A DNA stretch of 64,000 bases, from contig JAAOMT010000129.1 in the NCBI GenBank assembly GCA_016748015.1, forward strand, positions 620,001-684,000. Direction: 5' to 3'. The stretch is from Geosiphon pyriformis uo1 (Eukaryota > Fungi > Glomeromycota). This document shows positions 41,456 through 55,068 of the stretch, one piece after another (the first letter of the stretch is position 1; each line of letters starts with the position of its first letter). A program made the position numbers and the translations under genes. A model generated the notes under the pieces. That model ran no database searches. It was not told the DNA's origin and saw only the letters and a program-made list of their open reading frames with translations.

Positions 41456-43521
41456 ATGAATATACAAAAATACCAACAATTTCAACATTATATAAATACC
41501 CAATTGTTCAAGGAGAAATTATCTCAAAAAAAACAAAACAACATAAAACAGCAATCAAAATATTTTATTAACCATCAAAATATACTTTATCAGAAGAACA
41601 AAAAAAATTCAGATCAACTAACCAGAGTAATCACAGAACCAAAGAAAAAAACAATATTATTCACCATGTATTCAGATCCAACAGCAGGACATTTTCACAA
41701 AGAAGCAACAATAGAAAAAATCAGAAAAAGATACTATTGATCATCAATGTATTCAGATATTATCCAATATGTTTAAAATTGTGATGCTTGTCAGAAAATA
41801 GTAGGAACAAAACCCAGTAAACCATTAAGACCAATTAAAGTGGGACAACCATTTGATCATATTGGAATTGATTTAGTTAGACTATTAACAATCACCAGCA
41901 GAAACAACAGATATATTGCAATAGCTATAAATTATCTCACTAAATGGCCAGAAGCAAAAACCATTCAAAGAGCAGATGCAGAATCCATCACCAAATTTGT
42001 TCATCAAGATCTGATATGTTGACACAGATGTCTAAAAGAACTATTATCAGATCAAAGAACTTACTTTGTAAATAGAACATTAACAGAATTAAGTCAAAAA
42101 TTTGGGATAAAAAGACCATTATCATCACTATATCATTCACAAACCAATGGGTTAGTTGAAAGATTCAATAAAACACTATGTGAAGCAATAGCTAAAATCA
42201 GCCAAAAAAACCAGGATAAATAAGATTTGTTTATATTATCAGTATTATTTGCTTACTAGACAATGAAGCAAGATACTATATAAACAACATCATTTAAATT
42301 AGTATATAGTAGAACAGCAACACTGCCAGTAGAGATAAAAGTACAAACATATCCAACAGAACCAATAACAGAAGAGAATTTCCAAAGAACATTGTTAAAA
42401 AAAATGTACAACTTAATGGAAACACTAAAAAACAAAAGGCAAAAAGCAGTTGATAATATCCAAAAGTCACAAGAAAATAAAAGGAAAGACATGACAACTA
42501 ACTACCAGAGAAACCAGTTGAATCAAGATAGAAAACAAAGTACTTCTACATTGTACCAAAACGGAAAAACAATGGAGTAAAAAATTTGACCTCAAATGGG
42601 ATAGACCATTTTACATAGAAGAAATTCTTAAAAATGGAGCTTATAAATTAAGATGGGACAACAAATCTTAGTCAAAGCAGCACATAATAATTGACTAAAA
42701 CCATATTATCATATAGTGTTACCATTTATCAGTAATATTCCACAATTAGGAGTACAGAAAATACTAATCCAACCAAATGAGATTCCACAAAATCTGGAAT
42801 CAATCATAATCATTGAACCAAACATGTAAAATTGAACAATAAAAAGAGTATATAAAGACATGGTAAATGCAATAGAAGACTTCAAAAAAATGAAAATCAT
42901 AGACAACATCCATGCACTAGCACAACAACTATTCCAATTGATTCAACAACAGAATATGAAAATTATTATTAACCAACAAACTATTTGATACTGAGATACC
43001 AGAAAGATACCCAAATACAAATTCAGAGAAAAACAGAAAACACTATTGACAAAATGGTTTTGAAAATAAAATCAGCAATAAAAGAATCAATAAATGTCAC
43101 CACATATCAAGAATTGACCAAAAAAACTTGGAAATAATGGATACACAAATTTCCAAGGAACTTTTGTTATTTCCACTTAAGACAACACTTAAATATTCAG
43201 AACTTATACACAGATAAAACAAAACAATTATTTGATACAACAATACTATAACAACTGGAACAATTTATGAGAAAAAACAATTTGACTATACAAGCAAGAG
43301 CCATATATCGGCTATATACTGAATTCTAAAACAGACCAGAAATCCTACTTAATACAGAAATGGATTCTATTACAGTTAACCAAATAAAAAAAATAACCAA
43401 CGCCCAATTTAAAGAATTACAGAACAGGATAACACAAATAATTCTCGAAAAAGAAGTTCAAAAAATACTCAAGAATAGAGAATTAGAATTAGGAGATTTG
43501 GGAAATCTCGATGGAACTTAA
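41456..43521 (+). pseudogene. Copy 1 integrase ORF with C-terminal extension
   Basis: MNIQKYQQ start; Zn finger remnant (GHF..CDAC), PFDHIGIDL, LSDQ, QTNGLVERFN, GPF motif, then about 250 further in-frame codons up to the PPT. Confidence 0.88.
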
Positions 43522-46500
43522 TATTAAAAGGAGAGAATAATGTTACTCATAGAACATAGGAAGTATATTAGCATATAAATTAGCCAATCAGAAGTGGTCA
43601 TAGTAAAAATGTGGAATTGCAGGATTCCAGGAATTTCAGAATTCTTATACAAAAGAATCGCAAGATTCCAGAATTCCAGAATTCCAGGATTTCACTAAAA
43701 AGAAATTGCAGAATTCCAGGAATTCCAAGATTCCTGGTGTAAAGAATTGAGGAATTGAAAAATCTCAATTATGTATATATAGCAGTAGTGCTAAAAGTAG
43801 AAAAAGCAGAATTCTTTAGTTAAAGACCTCTTAGTTTAGATTTGATCTAAGCAATCTTCTATTTACAAATATTAATAAATAATTATTTTTTATCTCCAAT
43901 CTATTCTCTACTATCAACACTTCATGTTGATAGTAATTAATACTTAACTACACTGGAACAATAATTCTTGATTACAGCTATTGACAGGATACTAACTTGC
44001 AATTGCTTTTGTTTATTTTTTGTTATTTTCTTTTATTTCTTTTATATTTCTTTTTGTTGACTAATTGATTAAAGATTAAAGTGCTAAATTATAGACGTTA
44101 TAGGGACTAATAAAAGACCTATGAAACAAAAGTAAAACACTTATAGATTTGAAGATAGCTTATCTGGAGAATTACCAGCCACTACACTGAGAAAAAAATT
44201 TGATAGAATTGCAATTCCAGAAAGCTATTAAAACAATTATTAAATCTCTGTCTATTATACAAAAAACTTTACAACAAAATCTTCAGATCAATCTAATTTT
44301 CCAAAACCAATGGCAAAATATCAATCAAGCACCAAGTTATGGGTTTGTTATTTGATTTGAGACCCCAAATAATCATTCATAAATCTTTTTAGAGAAAACA
44401 AAACTTAAATATACTATATTACATGTAAAAACATTAGCTTTGTTATTACCAATGTTTTTTAAATAATTCTTGACTTTTATCCATTTAATTAAAATATTCT
44501 TAGTTTTAATCAAATTAATTATATAATGTCTTTTTATTTAGTATTTGTTTCAAAAATTCAATAAATACAGCTTGAATTCTAAAGTATACACATTTAAAAC
44601 TGCTTAACTGTTCATATACATAACTACTAAGCAAGATAAAAGCATATATTTCAATATTAAAGCAATTGCTTAAAGTTTTGTTAATGTAAAAGATAGCAAT
44701 CTATATATTTTAACATCTAGAAAAATAAACCACCATCCCATCAACAACCTTTGTAGTACCCAATAGTTTTAAAAATTCATCTATGTAATATTAAAAACAT
44801 CAGTTTACAGTCTGAATAAATGTTCCCAAATATTCAAAAAATTATCCAAATAAATAACATTCAAACAATCAAAAACAAGATTAATTTTACTAATTTCAAT
44901 CAAATAATTATTTATATAAATTGAAACTTTCTTAAATCACAAAGATATAGAATTCTTAGAACTCAATTTTTTTTAATAATAAAAAATTTTCCAATCTACA
45001 ACTAATCTATGCTTATTTAACAATTTGTTACCAAAGACAATATTAAAGTGCTTTAAAAAGGGAACCATATTATAATACAAAAAATTATTTAAAATCTTAA
45101 ATATAGAAAAGCAATCTGTATTATAAAATGCACCGAACAAGTTGTTGGCTAAGAAAATCTTGTTATTTAACAAAATTTTGATAATACTTACCAAAAAATT
45201 ATTCACAAAACTGACTCTTAGTCTAATAAAATACTACAGAAAATTCATTAAAACTCATTCCAAAACTTGCAAATTCAGAAAACAATATTCAAACAATAAA
45301 CTAAAAATATTAGATGTATTAAAAAATCTAATTAGCCTTCTGTTTGTATCTGTTTAAATTTTTTTAGTCCATAAAGAAAAAAGTAATGCAAAATCTTATT
45401 AAAAAAATTTTTTGGCAGATTGGCCTTAGACTTTAATTTTTTTCTTAACATAACATTTTACTTTTGATATACTCTTAAATATAAAACTAAACTGTATTCA
45501 ATAACTAATAATAGATTATAAGACCACTAAAACCAAATAAAAAAATTGTTTATTAGACAATATTTTCCTGAGAATTAAGTTAGAAAAAAACTTGACATCT
45601 GAATATGCTTTAACAAAATTAAACTTAAATAAGTCTTTTGTTAACAGAAAAATATCCAAATATCTGTAAGACTTACTTTACCTAACTATAGAAATTGGCT
45701 GATTACTAATGTGCAAAAAAGCATTTATAATCTTTTGATTGATAAGAATTATCATAGTCTTATCATTATTGATAAAAATATTATTAATCTTAAAGAACTT
45801 ATTAACAATATTCAAAATATACTGTATTAAAGCTTAATTATTTCTTATTCAAATCATATTATTAACAAATACATTCTTACAAAAAATAAAGATTTGCTTT
45901 TATTTACTTTTATTTTGTCTGTTTTTATCACAAAGTTTAAATTAATTTTGTATCTACACAAACACTTTTGTTTTTTAACCTTACATAGCAAAGAATTATA
46001 AAAATTTTTTCACAAAAGTGATGAAAAAACTTTGTCTTAATCTAATCTATCCAGCATTCTATACTCATTTGAAAAACTAAAATTAGTTATCACTCTGTTA
46101 ATTCTGTTTACATATATATTTTTAAAAAACTTAATAAACTTATTACACATCTTTATCTATTTTAAACTAGCTTTTAAGTGCTATTATCCAACAGAATTGT
46201 AAGCTTTACGTATGTTTTACAAGACCAGCCAAATTTTCTAACCTTTTTCCAAAGTATTTTCTACTATTGATCTAACTGCAAACACAGAAAATTGAGTTAA
46301 TGTGTTTTTTAAAACTAAGAAGTTATTCTTATAAAAAACATTACACTTAGTACAAACAGATAAAATACAGTTTAACAAAATCTTAGATAGTATTTTTTTA
46401 GCTATTTTAATAAGTACAATAGGCTATGTATTTATTAAAATGTCTTCCCAATTGTATGGTTTGAAGATCATTAAAACTCACACTTTTTTTCAAAATGTCA

Positions 46501-48805
46501 AAACTTCATTAATTATCAAACAAAAATTAAATAAACTTAATAAGCAATTTAATATTATATTACTATAATACTTTCAAAATTCATTTAATATGCTTAATAA
46601 ACTGGCTGTTTTGCTATTAAGTAGGCTATCAATTATTATAATTAGCTTATATATATTGATTTTATTCATAATCTCAAAAAAAGTATTTTTTTTTACATAA
46701 TTTAATAATGCATATTATCTAAACTAAGTAGTAAACAGTATAGAAACATATTGTATTTTTTTGTCTAATTTGCTATAATTTTATTAACTTTAAGCTTTAT
46801 TTCTTTTGGCTCCAGAATCAACTTCTTTCTAATTATCAAATAGTTCAAAATTATCTTATGAAAAGGCTGATTTAGAATATTTTTAATCATGTTTTTCTTA
46901 TTAGAACTGAAGTTCACTATTTGTTTTTTGATTATCTTTTTGATGACTGTATTTTTAACAATTTTTAATTTATAATACTTGGATATTTTATATTTTTTTC
47001 TGACTAATAACAAATGTTTAATAGCATCTGCTAAATTTATACTATTCTAAATCATAAATACAACCTTAAATATTTCTTTGTTATTAATTATTAACTATTT
47101 TATAAGAAAACAATCAAATTCAAACTTGTTGCTTACATCTAATTTTTTTATAATCCTAGCAACCAGTAATTTTAAACCAAAAAATTTTGATAATTGCTTA
47201 TTTTTTGAGCATTCAAACTTATTGATCCAAAGTTTAAAGAAAGTAATATTTACTAAATCCACTATTATCTCTTTCAAACTTTTTTATATGTCATTTAATT
47301 TGTTAAAAGCTTTTATATTTGCAAATTTATTCACTACTAACAACAATTTAGCTGAAACATATTTCTTGAAACAGATTTATTTGGCCTAATTTACACTCTT
47401 AATATTAAACTTCCAATAATCTTTGTTTGCTTACTTGTAAATATTATTTAGATATATATTCAAAAAATCTTTCAAACTAACTAAAACTACAATTGCTTTA
47501 TAATTTGTAACAAAAAATTCAGAAACACTGCCAATTTCACATATTATAACTGCTAATAACAAATTTTTACTAATAAAAATGCAATCAATAATCTTCTTGG
47601 CTTTTCTAAAATTATTTTAAGTAGAAACTTTTATCAAAGAATGTTTCTTAAGTAAATTAACTAAACCTATATCTGAACATTTCTTAAAGCTTGCACTTTA
47701 TTTAGAATTATTTTTATTAAAATTATTATTTAAAATCATAAAAAAACTAAAATTAACAACTTTGAAAATAATAGAATTAATATTAAAAGCTTGATTAAAT
47801 TGCAAACTAGCAAATACACTAACATATAAACCCAAAATTATAATCAAAAAAATAAATTGAAATTAAATAATCTGGAATCTTATTCACCTTTGATATATAC
47901 TGAGCCAAAAAATTGTTCATAATATTACTCATAGAATATAGGAAATATAGTATTATTAGCCAGTAAATATTAGCCAATCAGATGTAGATGTAATAAATAT
48001 GGAATTCCACAATTTCTCTCAGAAGAATTGAAGGATTCCAGGAATTTTAGGATTCTCTGACAAAGAATCGCAGGATTTTAGAAATCCCAGGATTCCTGTC
48101 ACAAAGAATTGAGGAATTAAGGAATCTCAATTATGTATATATAGCAGTAGAATTAGAAGCTAAAAAGACAGATCTCAAAAGTTTAAGTTTAAATCGAAGC
48201 AACTCTCCAAATCACAATTATCTAATAAATAACTATTTTATTATCTTAACTCCATTTCGACTATCAACACTTCATGTTGATAGTAATTCACACTTAACCA
48301 CATTGGAACAATAGCTCTTGATCATGGCTATTGACAAAATACTAACTTGTAAATTGTCTTGGCTTATTTCTTTTTTTTTTTTTTTTCTTTATTTTCTTGT
48401 TTTAAGTTTATTGTTGTTTACTAACTCTATTGAGGATTAATACACAGGGCACTGATATCAGAATAAACGTAACTGGTAAAAGATCCAGGAATAAGGGTAG
48501 AACACTCAATTGAGGATAGCTTACCAGGAAGAATACCGGCCATCAAGCTGAGAAAGAAATTGACAAAACTGTGGTTTTGGGAAGCTATGGATAAAACTAT
48601 TATCATTGAATTTCTGTCCATTATATAAAAAACTCAACCAAAACCTTCAGATACAAACCATTAGATCATTATCAACCACAACTCGATTTGAGCACCAAGT
48701 TATGGGTTTTTATTTAATCCAACCAAAGAAATATTCACCTGTAACATTTGGTGCTTCCTGTGAGGTATAATTCTACAGAGAACCAGCACCAACACAAATC
48801 TAAAC

Positions 48806-51800
48806 ATGGCAGAATCAGAAAATATAGGAGCAAACCATTTAGGATTTGCAAAATCTTTGTTTCAACAATACAACCAACAATTAGGATTAAACAGTAATCA
48901 TTACCCAGCTGAATCAGCCTTCAACTTCTACGTTAACAACAAAATTACTGAATGCTTAGGAGGAACAGTTAACATTGAAGCAGCAAGAGAAAACTTTTAC
49001 ACAGAATTATTCCAACACATCAACTTACCAAAGAACTATAGTTTTGCATCAATAATCAGAGAAATCAACCAAACTATTAAAAAGTACACTCAACAACAAT
49101 TTCCTATTACCTATGCAGACAAAGGTAAAAGAAAAATACAAACACCAGCAGCAACACTAAAAAGAATACAGTTACTTAGTTGGAAGAAACACAGAGTAGA
49201 ATCACCAACCACTTTATCATATCACTACACACCTGGAAGTGCCATTAACATCTCATCAGCACACGCATCCACCTCAAATGCAACATCAACATTTGGAAGA
49301 TTTCAGTTCCAAAGCAAACAATAGAAAGAAGACTTACTAGGACCATATGGAGCATATTTTGAAGGATTTAAATCACAATCTTCAACGCCATCAGGAATTT
49401 GATCACTAATATCCCAACCAGATTTCGGAGCCACTACTCCATGAGAATTATCAGAGGAAGAAGAAGAAGGAAGTGAAGATTAAGGATTCACTTACCAAAA
49501 CCCAATTTCAGAAAACTCGGAATTTGAAACCCTGAATTTTCAAATCCCGATAAACTCAAATTTAGAAAATTCAGAAAATGCAACTCCGAATATCCAAACA
49601 CCACAAAACCCGAACAAATTAATCAGAATAACTTACCTCCGAATATTGCCATCAATCAACCACCAATTAATCCAATAGCCAAATCCATTCAGCAGCCACT
49701 TCAACTACCACCTCAACAAAATCAACAACCATTTCAACAGCCACCACAACCACTCAACTTAGATTCAATGGTCTATGTACCAATTGCGAAACTGGATAAT
49801 TTTACTAGCAAAGAGGACGACACTCAAGTATGGCTGAATAATGTGGAAAAAGCCATCACAGCCAATAGATGAAATGACACCCAAGCAATACAAGCCATTC
49901 CCTATTTTTTCAAAGATACTGCCAATTCATAGTATCAGAGCTTGATCAATAAACCACAAAACTTCAATGCCTTCAAAATGGAATTTTTATAATACTTCAG
50001 CAACAATAATAGTATTAACCACCTAGTCAATACATTCACCACCATGAAACAAGAAGAAACTAAAGCAGTCACCACTTACCTGGGATGCTTCCATAGAAAT
50101 CTGCACCAGATCTAGGCAATTAATGCCAACTATTTCACAGCACCACAGATCCTCAACCAGTTTATCTGTGGCCTGTGCAGCAGCATCTTGCAACATGTAC
50201 GCCCATTGCATCTAGGCACTCTTCAAGAGGCAGTCACACATGCCAGAGATTTCGAATCAGCTGAGTCCAAAGCCAATTACACCCATGCCATAAACCTAGT
50301 AATGAATGGATCATCTGAATTAGATTCCAAATTGAAACAATTTAGTGATTCAATTAATCAGAAATTAGAGAGATACTTAGCTAACAATTGTGCTATTTAT
50401 CAACCACCACAACAACGTAATAATCCAGGAAACACGAATCGTTTGCAAAATCAGTCATGTCTATTATCATCATCAGCAGCGCCTAATTAGTCATGGCAGC
50501 CAGAAACACATGTTTGCCACAATTGTGGTAAACAAGGACACATAAGAGCAGATTGCAGATTTTATAGCAACAATTCACAATTGGGAAATCAATATCAAAA
50601 CCCGATCACAGATTTCAGACTCAGAATCACTACCCAAATCAAGCCCAATATCAAACCACTTACCTGCCCATAATGCAGCAGCTAATCTATTAACCACCAG
50701 TATATCAACCTCCAATTTATCAGCCGCAACCACCAACAATTTATCAACTGCAACCACCAGTCATTTATCAGCTATAGTCTCAAGTAATTTATCAACCTCA
50801 ATTAATTCAGACACCACCCCAAAATTCAGTTAATATGACATCAGGCCACTTCAGACCTAGAATCACACAAAACTGGAAATCGGCAATGGTTGTCCACCAA
50901 CTGATCCCCAGTTCTTCTAACCCACCATCAGGATCGTGTTCTTGGAATTCGGATATTAGTGCCATCCAAAACCCGAATTCCCAGAACTATTTAAGTCTCC
51001 TGGTTATCTCAGAAGACGCCACTTCTGACAATTCAGAAACCAACCAACAAGCGACACTTACCAGCAACATACCTCCAGCCACTGTTACCAACAATAAATC
51101 CTTAGCAGCCATTTTCCCTTTTGAACTTAAGAAACCATTCCCATTACTATTATTCAATGGAGCCGTCCTCAAAGAAAAATCCATCACAGTGATGTACACT
51201 GATGTGAAAGTAGATGGACACCCTATCAAATTCATCCTTGATAGTGGTTCAGCAGGCAGCATCATTACCAAGCAACTCATGAATCAATTAGGTTGCCGAG
51301 TTGATCAGACTGCCAGCACTAAAATTATTACTGCAGATAATGCCACAAAAATGCCTATTGGTGAAATCAATGACTTCCCAATTGAAGTTAATGGCATTAT
51401 TACCCTTATTAAAGTCTTGGTAATGGAAGCAACTCAGTACCAAGCACTAGTTGGTAATGATTGGCTAGTCAAAACCAACACTGTGCTCAACTGAACCACA
51501 CAAGAACTTCAGCTCAGTCAGAACGAATGACACACATGGGTACCAGTCACATGTGGCCACTTTAAAACAACTAACACCATGGCACCACTAATTGACTTCG
51601 AGAAAAAGAAGCCGAAACCTATCTGGAAAATGTACCAAATGTTGTGGGCCAACATTGACCACAATGAACTGCCGCCAATACTCACCTGGGACAATAATAG
51701 GAAAGGAAAACAGAAGAAAAAACTTACTTGGAAAACCGATGACCTGACATGGACCAACAATGATGAGAGCGAACCAACTTCCAGCTGGGAATGGGAAGAA

Positions 51801-54800
51801 AACAAAAAAGATAAAAGAAAAGGAAAGGAAAGAGAAAAAGAGACCATCCAAACCATTATTACTTATAATACCTATACTATACCACAATGATCTAACTATT
51901 GTCAACCTAAGCTTATATGCGTCGATTGTGGCAAGAAGTTGTCGTCAATGAATGCATGCTGTAGTGATGATAAAGAATATTCAATGGCAACTAAGTTCTA
52001 TTGCCACTCATGTGTTCTTGAACACTTTGAAAGACCAGAATGTGTAGGAAAATGGAACAACCAACCATGTTTAGCTTGTGAGGAAACCCTCTTCAATGAA
52101 AAAATGTGGAACAACATTCCTGGACGTAGAGAAACATGCGATATATTGTGTCAATACACAATCCTCATTAGCGACTGAATACGAAAAGGGACACTGATAG
52201 AAGCCACTTAGAGAAGAGCCATACAACAATTAGACAGTTATCCACATGATGACGATGAATTATGGCAGATGACAAGTGCCAAAATTGAAGGTGCGTTGCC
52301 AGAAGAAATCAGGATAATTAAAAACAACCCATCAGAACCTATTGAGCTTAACTGAGACACAGAGCCAGTCATAAATTTCCTGGAACCAGAAGAGTTCCAT
52401 GAACACTACCAGAACCTGGCACCCATTAGAAAGAAACAAGAACAATGGCTAACACAGTTGAATACAAGACTGTATCACCATTGTTTAATTCCCAGTGACT
52501 TTGAGTATTGTAATGAGTGTGACCTCATTTATAATCTACTACCACGCATGATCTACACGATTTCCAAAGAGGAAGAACCAATCAGCAGCTGCACATCAGA
52601 ATTAGAATCAATTTTCAATCCCAATTCAAACTCCGACAACGACGATAACAAAAACACCAGTTCTAGCTCGGTTCAATATAGCAACAAAAGGAGCTCAGAT
52701 TCATGAACAATATATTGTGCTTCCTGACCTCACTAAAGAACAAGAACTGAAATGGTTCAGTGATAATAATGAAGATATTATGCCAGAACGCGTGCATGAT
52801 ACTGATGCCAGGTTTAATCTGAGGTATCCAGGAAAAGAAGCCATCAAATTGAAACCACATTCACACACCTGCATTGATCTGAAAATAGCACTAAAAATTC
52901 CAGCAACAACTATGGTTCAATTAGCATCTAAGAGTAGTTTAGCGAAAAGAGGAATTAATATAAGAGGAGGAATAATTGACATGGGATATGTAGGAAATAT
53001 CATCACTATGCTACAAAATAACTCAGAAAAGGCCTATATAATAGAACCCAACAAAAAGATAGCACAGGCAATATTCCTGCCTCTGGTTAAGATAGCTCAA
53101 TTAGTGTTAGTGGGAAATAGGGAGGAATTAGGGATAACAACAAAAGGAATACAGGGATTTGGATCAATAGATAGAATAGACATATCAGTCAATATGGCAG
53201 AAAAAGAAATTGTTGGCCAAGGAGAAATTATCTCAACCAGTCAAGCTATTTTCATTCCACCATATAACCAGTACATGCTAACAATAGAAAGAAAAGAAAA
53301 AGAACAGTATCAAATTTTTGAAGCAGAACCAACCCTTTGTAAATCAGAAGAGATTGGACTTATCAATCTCCATATACCAGCCAAAGATTACAGTCACATC
53401 AAAATTCCCATCTACAACAACACAGGAAATGTCATAGTAATACCAGCCAGAACTATCATTGGATACTTAAACACTGAAATAGAGGATCAACTACCAAACT
53501 CTATTCCAGATTTTCCACAACTTTGTGGATATGTTGACATCACATCACAAACAATTTATGGATGAGACAAATGTTATTTGCTCCAACCAGAACAATTAGA
53601 ACAAATGAACATGGAAAATCTAAACCCACTACAACATATACAGCTCAAGATGTTACTCAACAATTTCAATGACATCTTTGCCAGCGAAAACAAATTTGGC
53701 AGAACTGACATCATCCAACATCAAATCAAGACTGGAGATGCAATGCCAATCAAACAGCGAGCATACAGAGTACCACCAGCCAGCCATAAAATCATCTGTC
53801 AAGAGATCAACTGAATGCTGAACAATGGGTTAATTCAGCCATTAATGAGCTCATGGTCGTCACCAGTAGTACTCATCCATAAGAAGAATGGAAAGATCCA
53901 ATTTTGTGTATACTACAGGAAACTAAATAGTGTAACTCATGGAAACAGCTATCTAACTCCACAGATACAAGAACTATTCGATGCATTTGGTGGAAATAAA
54001 TGGTTCTTAATATTAGACTTAGATAGTAGTTACTGGCAAGTAGTCATGGATCCAGCCAACAAAGAAAAAATGGTATTCACCACAAAAGAAGAGAATTTCA
54101 AATTTGAAGTGATGCCATTCGGCTTAACCAATGCTCCAGCCACCTTCCAATGGCTAATGAAAATTGTTTATACTGGCTTACTGTGGAAATCAGTAGTTGT
54201 ATACTTAGACAACACCAATGTATTCTCAAAAACATTTAATGATTATCTTCATCATCTTCAATAAGTGTTCGAAAGACTAAGAAAAGCAGGATTAAAGTTA
54301 AATGCAACAAAGTGCTTCTTTGGCAAAACAGAACTAAAATTCTTAGGACACATAGTCAGCAAAAATGTCATCAAAACAGATTAAGAGAAAATAGAGATAG
54401 TAAAGAACTTTCCAGTGCTGACCAATATGACAGAACTGAAATCATTCTTGGGATTCGCCAGCTACTATCGATGTTTTATCAAAAACTTTTCCAAAATAGT
54501 GCAGCCACTCAACCAACTGCAAACCAAGAATACAAAATACAAATAGACAGAAAGTCAACAAGAAGCTTTTGATATTCTGAAAAGAAAGCTCATTCAAGCT
54601 CCAGTACTAATCTATCCAGATCACAGCAAATCATTCATCATTACCACCAATGCATCTGGCCAAGCATTGGGAGCAGTACTATCTCAAAGAAGAACAAACG
54701 GCAGAGAACATCTAGTAGCATATGCCAGCAAAGGTTTAATACCAGCCGAAAAGAACTATGGAACACTGGAACAAGAACACTTAGCAATATACTGGGCAGT

Positions 54801-55005
54801 CATGAAATGGAAAGAATACTTGAGCCAGAAATTTGAAGTATACACAGATCACAAAAGATTAACATCACTTCAAAAACAAGAATTGGGAGATAGAAGACAG
54901 TCAAGATGAAAAATGGCATTCACATCATATAATTATACTATACATTATAAAAAGGGAAAAGACAACAGAAATGCTGATGGTTTGTCATGAATGAGACAAA
55001 TCTAA
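48806..55005 (+). pseudogene. Copy 2 gag-pol
   Basis: MAESENIGANH start; capsid-like segment ~49770-50400; zinc knuckle CHNCGKQGHIRADC 50515-50556; protease ILDSGSAGSII ~51237; dUTPase ~52780-53170; RT (SSWSSPVVLI, MPFGLTNAPATF, YLDN 54202); RNase H (TNASG, YTDH, NADGLS); ends RQI* at 55005. Confidence 0.92.
52780..53170 (+). pseudogene. dUTPase domain inside Gypsy pol (also at ~38370-38765 in copy 1)
   Basis: All five dUTPase motifs in decayed form: PERVHDTDARFNL (AGFDL), LASKSSLA (RSS), GGIIDMGYVG (GxIDxxYxG), KIAQAIF, TKGIQGFGSI (RGxxGFGST). Confidence 0.93.
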
Positions 55006-55068
55006 GAATATTTCAAATCCAAAAATATAACAAAACCAGAACAATACCAATGAAAAATATAACAAAAG

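Larger units (their letters stand above)
33575..44382 (+). mobile_element. Ty3/Gypsy LTR retrotransposon copy 1 (pseudogenised; LTRs 33575-34435 and 43541-~44382)
   Basis: TGTTAC..GTAACA 5' LTR; PBS TGGTGCTCTCTGT at 34438; PPT AAAAGGAGAGAA just before 43541; order Gag-PR(LDSES)-dUTPase-RT(YLDD 40634)-RNase H-IN. Confidence 0.96.
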
